From Acidobacteriaceae bacterium (lineage in GTDB: Bacteria; Acidobacteriota; Terriglobia; Terriglobales; Acidobacteriaceae), in the NCBI GenBank assembly GCA_003132445.1, contig PKXU01000152.1, forward strand, positions 32,667 through 96,666: a stretch of DNA of 64,000 bases, written 5' to 3'. Positions 17,797-25,753 of the stretch are shown here, in pieces. Every line of letters starts with the position of its first letter. The stretch's first letter is position 1. The translations under genes were made by a program, and so were the position numbers. The notes under the pieces were generated by a model. That model was given only the letters and a program-made list of their open reading frames with translations. It did not search any database and was not told the DNA's origin.

Positions 17797-18785
17797 TATC
17801 CCTTCGCTTTCTTCACTTCCTCAATCAGAGCCGGAACGATGTCGAACAAATTCCCGACGATCGCGTAGTCGGCAATCTCGAAAATCGGCGCCTCTGAATC
17901 TTTATTTACGGCGATGATTGTGCGGGAGCCCTTCATGCCAACGATATGCTGAATTGCGCCGCTGATGCCGAGGGCCAGATAGAGCTTGGGTGCGACGGTT
18001 TGACCCGAAGAGCCAATCTGGCGGTCCATGGGCAACCAGCCCGAATCGCAGATGGGACGCGATGCGGCAAGGTCTCCGCCGAGCGCATCGGCAAGCTGCT
18101 TCGCGATCTCGATATTTTTTTGTTCTTTGATGCCACGCCCGACGGCCACAATAATTTCTGCCTGCGTCAGATCGACCGATTGCTTGGCTTCTTTGAAAAC
18201 TTCCTGTGGCTTGGTGCGAATGGCGACATCTGGAATTTCAACATTCACCGTCTCGACGGGAGCGGCACTGGCGCCGGCTTCGGCTTTGTCCCCACGGAAC
18301 GCGCCATTTTGAAAAGTTGCGAACCACGGGGCATCGCTTGTAAAGCTCACATCTGCGGCCAGCTTGCCCTGAAACATCTGCCGGGTGAAAACGAGTTTCC
18401 CGCCTTCGTACTTGAAGCCAATGCAGTCGCTGATCACAGTGCGCGCCATGGCCGTCGCGAGTTTGGGCACAAAGTCGCGCACCTGATAAGTGTGCGGCAT
18501 CAGCACGAGTTTGGGCTGCTTCGAGTCGAGGAATTGCTTTAACGCGGCAGCGAATGCGTCGGGTGTGTACGGATCGAGTTTTGGAGACTCGATGGCATAG
18601 ACCTTCGCGACCTTTTTCGCGGAAACTTCGGCGGCAAGCGACGATGCAGAACTTCCGACCACGGCGGCTTCCAGGGCCCAGCCAGTTGCGGCTGCGATGG
18701 CCTGACCCGCAGTAATAGTTTCCCAGGAGACGCGATTCAGTTTTCCTTCGCGCTGTTCGACGACAACTAAAATCGTATCGGGCAT
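17796..18785 (-). CDS. etfA: Electron transfer flavoprotein subunit alpha
   Basis: The sequence reads as typical EtfA. The C-terminal FAD-binding region is IVAVGRGI...LGGDLAASRPICDSGW...QIGSSGQTVAPKLYLALGISGAIQH. Confidence 0.9.
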   Translation of the reverse strand: MPDTILVVVEQREGKLNRVSWETITAGQAIAAATGWALEAAVVGSSASSLAAEVSAKKVAKVYAIESPKLDPYTPDAFAAALKQFLDSKQPKLVLMPHTYQVRDFVPKLATAMARTVISDCIGFKYEGGKLVFTRQMFQGKLAADVSFTSDAPWFATFQNGAFRGDKAEAGASAAPVETVNVEIPDVAIRTKPQEVFKEAKQSVDLTQAEIIVAVGRGIKEQKNIEIAKQLADALGGDLAASRPICDSGWLPMDRQIGSSGQTVAPKLYLALGISGAIQHIVGMKGSRTIIAVNKDSEAPIFEIADYAIVGNLFDIVPALIEEVKKAKG

Positions 18786-18791
18786 AGGAAA

Positions 18792-18814
18792 GTTCTCAGT
18801 TCTCAGTTCTCAGT
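18792..18814. repeat. Heptanucleotide tandem repeat (GTTCTCA x3)
   Basis: GTTCTCAGTTCTCAGTTCTCAGT, 7 nt upstream of the etfA start. Confidence 0.8.
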
Positions 18815-18835
18815 ACGCTGGCTCGCGGAATGATC

Positions 18836-18893
18836 CATGTGGGGACAGCCGCCCTCGGCTGTCCGGCCGAGCAAAGCTCGGCAGCCCCTCTAC
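18836..18893. repeat. REP/MITE-like element, family R1
   Basis: CATGTGGGGACAGCCGCCCTCGGCTGTCC...GCAAAGCTCGGC. It shares the GGCGGCTGTCCCCACATG core (reverse orientation) with 50288-50373 and 52331-52412. Confidence 0.75.
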
Positions 18894-19660
18894 AATACCC
18901 GCAACTCATTCCGCAGCTTATCCACCAACTTTTTCGCAATCTCGGCCGGCGGACCTTCAATATGTTCTGTCTTCTTCGTTTTTTCCGGCACGTAGAGCCG
19001 CTCAATTTTTTGCAGATTTTCGCCGATCGCAGGTTGCACCTCCGCCAGCGTTACTTTTCGCAGAGGCTTATTCTTGGCCTGCTTGATGCCAATCAGGGTC
19101 GCGTAGCGCAGCTTGTTGATGCCTGACTGGATGGTTAAAACCGCCGGCGTCGGCATGTCGACGAACTGAAAATAACCGGCCTCAAGCTCGCGTTTCACGC
19201 GGATGCCGCTGTCGGTCTTCTCGATCTGCATAATGATGGTGGCGTGCGGCAATCCCAAAAGTTCGGCAAGGATTACACCAGTCTGCGCGTAGCCGTAGTC
19301 GTCAGATTGCAATCCGGTAAAGATGAGATCGAAGGTTTCATCCTTAATGGCAGCGGCGAAGGCCTTGGCGGTATTGAACGCATCAAGGCTGACGAACTTC
19401 GGGTCCTCGAGATGAATCGCGCGATCGGCGCCCTTGGCCAGCGCTTCGCGCAGCACCTGCTGGGCACGCGCGGGACCGCTGGTAATCACCACGACTTCGC
19501 CCTTGTGCTTTTCGCGCTGGCGGAGCGCCTCTTCCAGCGCAAAAGCATCGGGTTCGTTCACTTCGTAGGAGACGTCTTCGCGAATCCACGCGCCGCTTTC
19601 GTTGAGCTTGAGCGGTGCATCTTTTTGCGGCACCTGCTTCATGCAGACCAGGATTTTCAA
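18890..19660 (-). CDS. etfB: Electron transfer flavoprotein subunit beta
   Basis: (M)KILVCMKQVPQKDAPLKL is a typical EtfB N-terminus. TTG at 19660 is preceded by GGAGAAGGAGA. The track ORF extends to 19708. Confidence 0.9.
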   Translation of the reverse strand: MKILVCMKQVPQKDAPLKLNESGAWIREDVSYEVNEPDAFALEEALRQREKHKGEVVVITSGPARAQQVLREALAKGADRAIHLEDPKFVSLDAFNTAKAFAAAIKDETFDLIFTGLQSDDYGYAQTGVILAELLGLPHATIIMQIEKTDSGIRVKRELEAGYFQFVDMPTPAVLTIQSGINKLRYATLIGIKQAKNKPLRKVTLAEVQPAIGENLQKIERLYVPEKTKKTEHIEGPPAEIAKKLVDKLRNELRVL

Positions 19661-19872
19661 ACAAGTCTCCTTCTCCCTATGACTTTGGGAGTCACGAGGG
19701 AAACTCATTAGTATAGCCTCAACGGCGCAGAAACGCTGGCGAAAAGCGCAGGTAATCTAAAACGGGTACGAATCGATTGTGGAGAAAATTGGAGGTCGAT
19801 TTTCTTGAGAGTCAGGAAAATGGGGGTGACTTTCGCACGTAGAGAAGGCTGCGAGGCGGAGACGAATTATCT

Positions 19873-20145
19873 CTACTCGGTGATGACCGTCGATTGGCCG
19901 GTAAGTTCGAAGCGCTTGCGGCAACGAATATTCTTGCAGGCCATCATGTCGTCTTTACGAACCATGTACGAGCGGAATTTCGCGAAGCGAGCACGATCCC
20001 GATCGTCGGCGCGGCCCGAAAGCTGCCGCTTTTTGGTGCGTACCACCCAAGTGATTTCATAGTCCGCTGCCTGATGGCAGTGAGGACAATTCAGTGAAGC
20101 GGGTTTCTTCTCCTGCTTCTCGTCAAAAAAATCACGCTCTTCCAT
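19873..20145 (-). CDS. Small zinc-ribbon-like hypothetical protein
   Basis: 90 aa with CPHC (CxxC) and CKNIRC. Same strand as, and upstream of, etfB. Confidence 0.5.
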   Translation of the reverse strand: MEERDFFDEKQEKKPASLNCPHCHQAADYEITWVVRTKKRQLSGRADDRDRARFAKFRSYMVRKDDMMACKNIRCRKRFELTGQSTVITE

Positions 20146-20297
20146 AAATTTCGCGGAGCCGAGAGATTCCGGCTAAGACTGAATTATTGCACATTTGATG
20201 ACGCGCGCGATTCTTAAACGCGATTCGCGGAGCGCAGGTTACACTGCGGTTGTAAGCTTGGGTCGAGCGGAATTGTCAGAGTACAGGGTCAAAAAAG

Positions 20298-20462
20298 ATG
20301 GTCAAAAAGAAAAGAGCCAAACGCTTTCGCGCCGTAACTGCGGTGAAGGAGTTGGCGCGCGAACGCGTTGGCGCGCCGCCGGCCGGGCAAATCGTGATCG
20401 AGAAAAAGAAGAAACCGGAGAAACACAAAGCCACGCTGGGCAGGCTTTTAGAACCGGAATAG
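20298..20462 (+). CDS. Possible small lysine-rich protein (54 aa)
   Basis: ATG..TAG ORF below the track cutoff: MVKKKRAKRFRAVTAVKELARERVGAPPAGQIVIEKKKKPEKHKATLGRLLEPE. No clear SD. It overlaps the longer but less protein-like track ORF 20195..20515. Confidence 0.3.
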   Translation: MVKKKRAKRFRAVTAVKELARERVGAPPAGQIVIEKKKKPEKHKATLGRLLEPE

Positions 20463-20511
20463 ACGCGGGGCTGAAGCAGAACTTCTGCGAGGAAATTTCC
20501 TCGCCGCAGCG

Positions 20512-21561
20512 CTAGGCTTGCACCGCCTCGGCCACCACCTTCGCGAAGTCTTTTACGTCTTCTTCGGTCGTATCGAAGGAGCACATCCAGCGGACGATGC
20601 ATTCTTCTTCGATCCACATATAGAAGAAGTACCGGTCCTTGATTTTCTGAATCGCATGCCGCGGAATCTGGACAAAGACGCCGTTGGCTTCCACTTTCCA
20701 CACAATTTTGATTTGCGGAATGCGCCGCAGTTCTGCTTCGAGCAGGCGGGCCATTCGGTTGGCATGTTCGGCGCTGCGCTGCCAAAGTCCATTGCTGAGC
20801 AAGGCCTCGAACTGTGCCGCGATGAAGCGCATCTTGGAAGCGAGTTGCATCCCTTGCTTGCGCAGGTAGAGAAAATCCGTTCTCAGTTTGGGATTGAAAA
20901 AAACGACCGCTTCCCCGCCCATGATTCCGTTCTTGGTTCCACCGAAGGAGAGCACGTCCACGCCAAGATCGCCCGTGGCCCGGCGTAGAGTTTGACCGAG
21001 CGAAACGGCGGCGTTGGCGATGCGGGCACCGTCCATGTGCAGAAACATTTCGTGCTCGTGCGCAAACTGGGCCAATGATTGAATTTCTTCCGGCTGGTAA
21101 ACCGTCCCCATCTCGGTGGATTGTGTGATGGAAATGACGTGCGCCTGCACATGATGCTGGTCGCCAATGCCGTGAAAAGCGTGGCGCACCGAGTCGAGCG
21201 TGATCTTCCCATCCTGATGCGGGAGGGGAATCAGTTTGCATCCCGTATGTTTTTCCGGCGCGCCACATTCGTCGGTATAGATGTGCGCGAACTCGCTGCA
21301 CAGCACGGCGTGATAGGAGCGGTTCAACGATTGCAATCCGAGGACGTTCGCGCCGGTTCCGTTGAAAGTAAAAAATACGGCGATGTCCGGGCCAAAGTGT
21401 TCTTCGAACTTCGCGATCGCTGAGCGCGTGTAGGGGTCGTCACCGTAAGCGACTACGTGTCCCTGATTGGCGCGCGCAATAGCCTCCAACACTTCCGGAT
21501 GCACCCCGGCGTTATTGTCGCTGGCAAAATTGCGAGTGGGTTTGCTCGAAACCTGCGGCAT
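20512..21561 (-). CDS. ltaE: Low-specificity L-threonine aldolase (PLP)
   Basis: FASDNNAGVHPEVLEAI, the length, and the SFGGTKNG lysine motif are typical of the beta-eliminating lyase / threonine aldolase family. Confidence 0.85.
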   Translation of the reverse strand: MPQVSSKPTRNFASDNNAGVHPEVLEAIARANQGHVVAYGDDPYTRSAIAKFEEHFGPDIAVFFTFNGTGANVLGLQSLNRSYHAVLCSEFAHIYTDECGAPEKHTGCKLIPLPHQDGKITLDSVRHAFHGIGDQHHVQAHVISITQSTEMGTVYQPEEIQSLAQFAHEHEMFLHMDGARIANAAVSLGQTLRRATGDLGVDVLSFGGTKNGIMGGEAVVFFNPKLRTDFLYLRKQGMQLASKMRFIAAQFEALLSNGLWQRSAEHANRMARLLEAELRRIPQIKIVWKVEANGVFVQIPRHAIQKIKDRYFFYMWIEEECIVRWMCSFDTTEEDVKDFAKVVAEAVQA

Positions 21562-21603
21562 AGGGAAACAAATGTAGCAGAGTATGCGCCCAGAGAAATT
21601 GGT

Positions 21604-21700
21604 TCACGTAGGGGCGGACTCAGCCTGCCCTGAGCGCAGTCGAAGGGTCCGCCTGGCGAAGCGAAGCGAGCCCCCGGACGAATGCGTCCGGGGCTACGTG
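21604..21700. repeat. REP/MITE-like element, family R1-related, with inverted termini
   Basis: CACGTAGGGGCGGACTCAGCCTGCCCTGAGCGCAGTCGAAGGGTCC...CCGGGGCTACGTG. The termini CACGTAG / CTACGTG are inverted. It lies between the ltaE and ADA-like starts. Confidence 0.7.
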
Positions 21701-21733
21701 TCTTTGTCCGGTCGCAATCCGTCAGATTGGCGT

Positions 21734-23296
21734 ATGCCGCACCGAGACTTTACAATCCAGAATTCTCGGAGGAGCCTGCTCGTGAGCGCGCATAACATTC
21801 GTCGGTATACGATTCTATTATTTCTTTCTGCTCTCGCCGTCGCCCAAACGGCCGAGCAAAAGACTGCGCGCTATCTCGACTCGATCCGGAATCAGCCATC
21901 GCTCCTGTTGGCCTTCCTGCACGACATCCCCAAGGGTGGTGACCTGCACAATCATCTGGACGGCGCCATTTATGCCGAAGATCTGATTGACTTTGCGGCC
22001 GACGACAATTTCTGCATCGACCGCACCACTTCGCGCTTGCTGGGCGCGCCGTGCGATTCCTGCGAAAGCTATACGCCCAAACCCGCTATCCGCTGCGCGT
22101 ATGACGACCACATTCTTTACAGCCAGATCGTCGACGCGTGGTCGATGCGCAACTGGCGTCCCGGAGACGAATCGGGCCATGATCATTTTTTTGGCACCTT
22201 CGACAAATTCGGACCGGCCTCTCACAATCATGTCGCCGAGGGCGTCGCTTCCGTCATTAATCGGGCTGCGCGCGAGCACGTGCAATACATCGAGTTCATG
22301 CACACGGCCGATGGCCGCGAGGCGGCGCAACTTGGCATGCGCCTAGGCTGGGATAGCGACCTGGGAAAAATGCGCGATAAACTTCTGTCAGGCGGCCTGA
22401 AAGAAATTACCGCCGCCACCAGCAAGACTTTGGCGGAAGATGAATCTCGCGCTCGCGCGGACTTGAAATGCGGGACCCCTGATGCTGAGCCCGGCTGTGG
22501 TGTTACTGTGCGCTATCTTTATCAAGTGCTGCGCGGGCTGCCGCAAGCGGCCGTCTTCGCAGAGATTGTGCTCGGCTTCGAACTGGCTTCGGGCGATCCG
22601 CATTTTGTGGGATTGAATCTCGTGATGCCGGAGGACTGGTACGTTCCCATTCATGATTTCAATCAACATATGGCGATGCTCGATTATCTGCACGGAGTCT
22701 ATCCGAAGGTGCACATCAGCCTGCATGCGGGCGAAATCGCGATGGGATTAGTGAAGCCGGAAGATCTCGCGTTTCACATTCGCGCGTCGGTCGAACGTGG
22801 CCACGCCGAGCGCATCGGCCACGGAGTCGACGTGATGCTGGAAAAAGATCCTATTGGCCTGATGAAAGAGATGGCCGCGAGAAATGTGCTGGTGGAAATA
22901 AATCTAACTTCGAATGATCAGATTCTTGGCGTGAGTGGCGACGACCATCCGCTGCCGATTTATATGAAATATGGAGTGCCGGTCGCGATTTCGACCGACG
23001 ACGAAGGCGTCGCTCGATCTGACATGACACACGAATATCTGCGCGCGGTCGAGGGATATCACCTGTCCTATGCCGATTTGAAACGTATGACGCGACAGAG
23101 TCTGGAGCATAGTTTTTTGCCGGGGCAGAGTTTATGGGCGTCGACAAAAGATTCGTTCCGTCCGGTTCCAGCCTGCGCGACGGATGTTGCGGAAAAACCT
23201 TCGCACACTTGCACGGCATTTCTTAACGCCAATGAACGTGCAAGGGAACAATGGAAGCTCGAGAGGGAGTTCGCGAAGTTCGAAAAAAGATATTAA
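21734..23296 (+). CDS. Secreted adenosine deaminase family protein, long ADA2/ADGF-like form
   Basis: The ATG at 21734 follows the REP element; the track ORF from 21584 reads through the repeat. Hydrophobic signal-like LLFLSALAVAQT. Metal and catalytic motifs HNHLDGA, SLHAGE, ERIGHGVD and STDDEGV. About 520 aa versus about 340 for ADA1-type enzymes. Confidence 0.8.
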   Translation: MPHRDFTIQNSRRSLLVSAHNIRRYTILLFLSALAVAQTAEQKTARYLDSIRNQPSLLLAFLHDIPKGGDLHNHLDGAIYAEDLIDFAADDNFCIDRTTSRLLGAPCDSCESYTPKPAIRCAYDDHILYSQIVDAWSMRNWRPGDESGHDHFFGTFDKFGPASHNHVAEGVASVINRAAREHVQYIEFMHTADGREAAQLGMRLGWDSDLGKMRDKLLSGGLKEITAATSKTLAEDESRARADLKCGTPDAEPGCGVTVRYLYQVLRGLPQAAVFAEIVLGFELASGDPHFVGLNLVMPEDWYVPIHDFNQHMAMLDYLHGVYPKVHISLHAGEIAMGLVKPEDLAFHIRASVERGHAERIGHGVDVMLEKDPIGLMKEMAARNVLVEINLTSNDQILGVSGDDHPLPIYMKYGVPVAISTDDEGVARSDMTHEYLRAVEGYHLSYADLKRMTRQSLEHSFLPGQSLWASTKDSFRPVPACATDVAEKPSHTCTAFLNANERAREQWKLEREFAKFEKRY

Positions 23297-23367
23297 AACG
23301 GTAATCTTTAGTTTGTGAGCTGCTGACTTTTTGAGTCTCCTGCGTGAACCGAACGACCGGCAAAATC

Positions 23368-24210
23368 ATGACCGACCAATTCGCACTGGCCGACGCGTCC
23401 GCACAATTTATTCTGGCGGGTACGCCGCTGCGTCCGAAGATCGGACTTGTTCTCGGCTCTGGCCTGGGCGCGTGCGCGGATTCGCTTGCCGATGCCACTC
23501 GCGTTCCTTACTCCGAGATTCCCGCGTTCCCGCGTTCAACGGCGATCGGCCATGCGGGACAAATGGTGCTCGGCAAGGTTGGCGATGTGCCCGTAGCCGC
23601 CATGCAAGGCCGCGTGCATCAATATGAAGGATATTCGGCGCAGGAAGTTACATTTCCCATTCGTGTCTTTGGGCGCATGGGCATTCGCGCCGTGATTCTG
23701 ACCAATGCTGCGGGCGGCATCGATCGCGGTTATTCGCAGGGCGCGCTAGTTCTGATCCGCGACCATATTAATCTTCAGGGAACGAGTCCGCTGGTGGGCA
23801 CGAACGACGACCGCTTCGGCGTCCGCTTCCCTGACATGACGCGCGCCTATGATCGTGACTATCGCCAGATTGCGCGGGAAGAGGCAGCCGGGCTAAACAT
23901 TCCGCTGCTCGAAGGCGTCTATGCCGCTCTGCTTGGCCCCAGTTACGAAACACCCGCGGAGATCGAATATCTGCGAAGAATTGGAGCGGACCTAGTCGGG
24001 ATGTCGACAGTGGCGGAAGTGATCGCTGCCCGCCACATGGAAATGAAAGTTCTCGCTATTTCGTGCGTCACCAACATGGCAGCGGGGATTCTCGACCAGC
24101 CGCTCTCGCACGCAGAGGTGATGGAAACTGGCGAGCGCGTCAAGAGTATCTTCGAATCGTTGCTGCGCGCAATCTTACCGCGCTTGAACGACCTTGTGTC
24201 CAGACAGTAA
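23368..24210 (+). CDS. punA: Purine nucleoside phosphorylase (PunA/PNP-I family)
   Basis: KIGLVLGSGLG, AIGHAGQMVLG, MQGRVHQYEGY, PSYETPAE and GMSTVAEV motifs. A GTG at 23344 is an alternative start. Confidence 0.9.
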   Translation: MTDQFALADASAQFILAGTPLRPKIGLVLGSGLGACADSLADATRVPYSEIPAFPRSTAIGHAGQMVLGKVGDVPVAAMQGRVHQYEGYSAQEVTFPIRVFGRMGIRAVILTNAAGGIDRGYSQGALVLIRDHINLQGTSPLVGTNDDRFGVRFPDMTRAYDRDYRQIAREEAAGLNIPLLEGVYAALLGPSYETPAEIEYLRRIGADLVGMSTVAEVIAARHMEMKVLAISCVTNMAAGILDQPLSHAEVMETGERVKSIFESLLRAILPRLNDLVSRQ

Positions 24211-24219
24211 GAAAGTGCT

Positions 24220-24279
24220 GTCATGCTGAGCGGAGGAAGGACTTCGCGAAGCGAAGGACTTTCGTAGTCGAAGCATGAC
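24220..24279. repeat. REP-like long hairpin, family R4
   Basis: GTCATGCTGAGCGGAGGAAGGACTTCGCGAAGCGAAGGACTTTCGTAGTCGAAGCATGAC, between convergent genes. Confidence 0.75.
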
Positions 24280-24301
24280 TACGGATTCTTTACTTCGCTC
24301 T

Positions 24302-25231
24302 TTACTTCGCTTTTGGAATGAATAGCTCCGCTGGCGGCTTGACTCCATACACTGCCGCGAAACTGTTCTGATTCACGGCCAAGCCTAAATGCCCACGCGA
24401 ATCGATATAGAGCAAGGGCTCGTTCAGCGGCACATCGCTAAACGTCTTGACGAATTTCATCTTCATCTCGCGACCACCCACTGTTACCGGGACTTCTTGC
24501 CCATGCTGATACCCAAGCTTGAAGAAATCGTCCGCATCCACGTTGGTTACCAGGTTGCCGAAGGGGCCGTCGGTGGCGATCACGGTTGCGTTTAAGCCGC
24601 GGTCGTTGAGGGTGGCGGCCTTTAATTGCAGCCGCACTAGATCTTTCACTGGCACTTCCGGCCCAGCCTTCGTCCAGTCATCGCCGCGGGCCACATGCGC
24701 GCCCGCCGGAGAAAAAATGTCGCGCCCATGAAACGTCGATGAAAGCTTGCTGCCAATCATCCACTCCGGATTCGTAATCTCGTAAACTGCTTCAATGCCG
24801 TCGCGCTGCTCCACCAGCGTCAGCAGCCCGTTATCGGGCAACACAAAATATTGACCACGTTTCGACCGGGCTATGATTGCTTTCCGCGTGCTGCCGACGG
24901 TTGGGTCGATTACCACCACAAAGACAGTTCCTGAGGGAAAATACGGCGTCGCGCCATACAGGAAACGGGCTCCATCGAGAATCGAAAACGGCGTGACTTG
25001 ATGCGTGAGATCGACAATTCTCACTCTAGGCATAATCCCATACATCACGCCGCGGCAGAGCGCGACTGAATCGTCGACCAAACCGAAGTCGGTCATGAAC
25101 ACAATTGTGGGCGGATACTTCTGGGCGGATTCAGCCGCCCGCAGCGGCGCCAAAAGAATTGCAAATACGAGTACTGCTAGACCAATCGATACGAAGGCGG
25201 AGCTACTACGCGTACGAAGCCGCACAGTCAT
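24302..25231 (-). CDS. S-adenosyl-L-methionine hydroxide adenosyltransferase (DUF62) family protein with signal-peptide-like N-terminus
   Basis: IVFMTDFGLVDDSVALCRGVM...IVDLTHQV...FVVVIDPTVGS...YFVLPDNGLL are DUF62 / SAM hydrolase motifs. N-terminus MTVRLRTRSSSAFVSIGLAVLVFAILLAPLRAAES. The start could also be the GTG at 25279. Confidence 0.8.
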   Translation of the reverse strand: MTVRLRTRSSSAFVSIGLAVLVFAILLAPLRAAESAQKYPPTIVFMTDFGLVDDSVALCRGVMYGIMPRVRIVDLTHQVTPFSILDGARFLYGATPYFPSGTVFVVVIDPTVGSTRKAIIARSKRGQYFVLPDNGLLTLVEQRDGIEAVYEITNPEWMIGSKLSSTFHGRDIFSPAGAHVARGDDWTKAGPEVPVKDLVRLQLKAATLNDRGLNATVIATDGPFGNLVTNVDADDFFKLGYQHGQEVPVTVGGREMKMKFVKTFSDVPLNEPLLYIDSRGHLGLAVNQNSFAAVYGVKPPAELFIPKAK

Positions 25232-25310
25232 GGAGTTCGATGCCTGTCGTTGAAATTGTTTGCACGCTTGCCAGACCACTATAATGGAATTGAAATTTTC
25301 GGAGGCTCTT

Positions 25311-25709
25311 ATGTCGCAAGTTATCCCCGAGAAGTACCGCGATCTGTTTCAGAAGCGGGCTTTTGCCAGCCTGGGGACGTTGATGCCCGACGGCCGGCCG
25401 CAGGTCACGCCCGTGTGGTGCGATTTTGACGGCGAGCACGTAGTTTTCAATTCTGCTAAAGGCCGTCAGAAGGACCGCAATGTCCGCCGCGATCCGCGTG
25501 TCTCGCTCGCTATCATCGATCCCGAAAATCCCTACCGCTATCTCGAGATTCGGGGCCGCGTCGTCGAAATCACTGAAGACGGCGCCGACGAGCATATCAA
25601 TAAGCTGGCGAAGAAATATTTAGGCGTAGATAAATATCCCTACGCGCAGCCCAGCGAAGTACGCGTGATCTACAAGATTAAACCTGAACATACGACGGTG
25701 ATGGGATAG
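25311..25709 (+). CDS. PPOX-class (pyridoxamine 5'-phosphate oxidase-like, probably F420-dependent) protein
   Basis: GGAGG lies 5 nt before ATG 25311. FASLGTLMPDGRPQVTPVW...VFNSAKGRQKDRNVRRDPRVSLAI is a typical PPOX fold signature. Confidence 0.75.
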   Translation: MSQVIPEKYRDLFQKRAFASLGTLMPDGRPQVTPVWCDFDGEHVVFNSAKGRQKDRNVRRDPRVSLAIIDPENPYRYLEIRGRVVEITEDGADEHINKLAKKYLGVDKYPYAQPSEVRVIYKIKPEHTTVMG

Positions 25710-25753
25710 CCGCGATCCGCAACTACAATCTCTGTTTTCTCGGCTTCGGCAAT

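Noticed and set aside
21584-21733. N-terminal extensions of track ORFs: 21584 for the ADA-like gene, 52409 for hyuA, 63380 for the ZapB-like gene, 49531 for phoB and 5423 for the TonB-dependent receptor.
   Set aside because: The extensions translate REP-like elements or non-protein-like sequence. Better-supported internal starts exist, backed by an SD, a signal peptide or a canonical family N-terminus.
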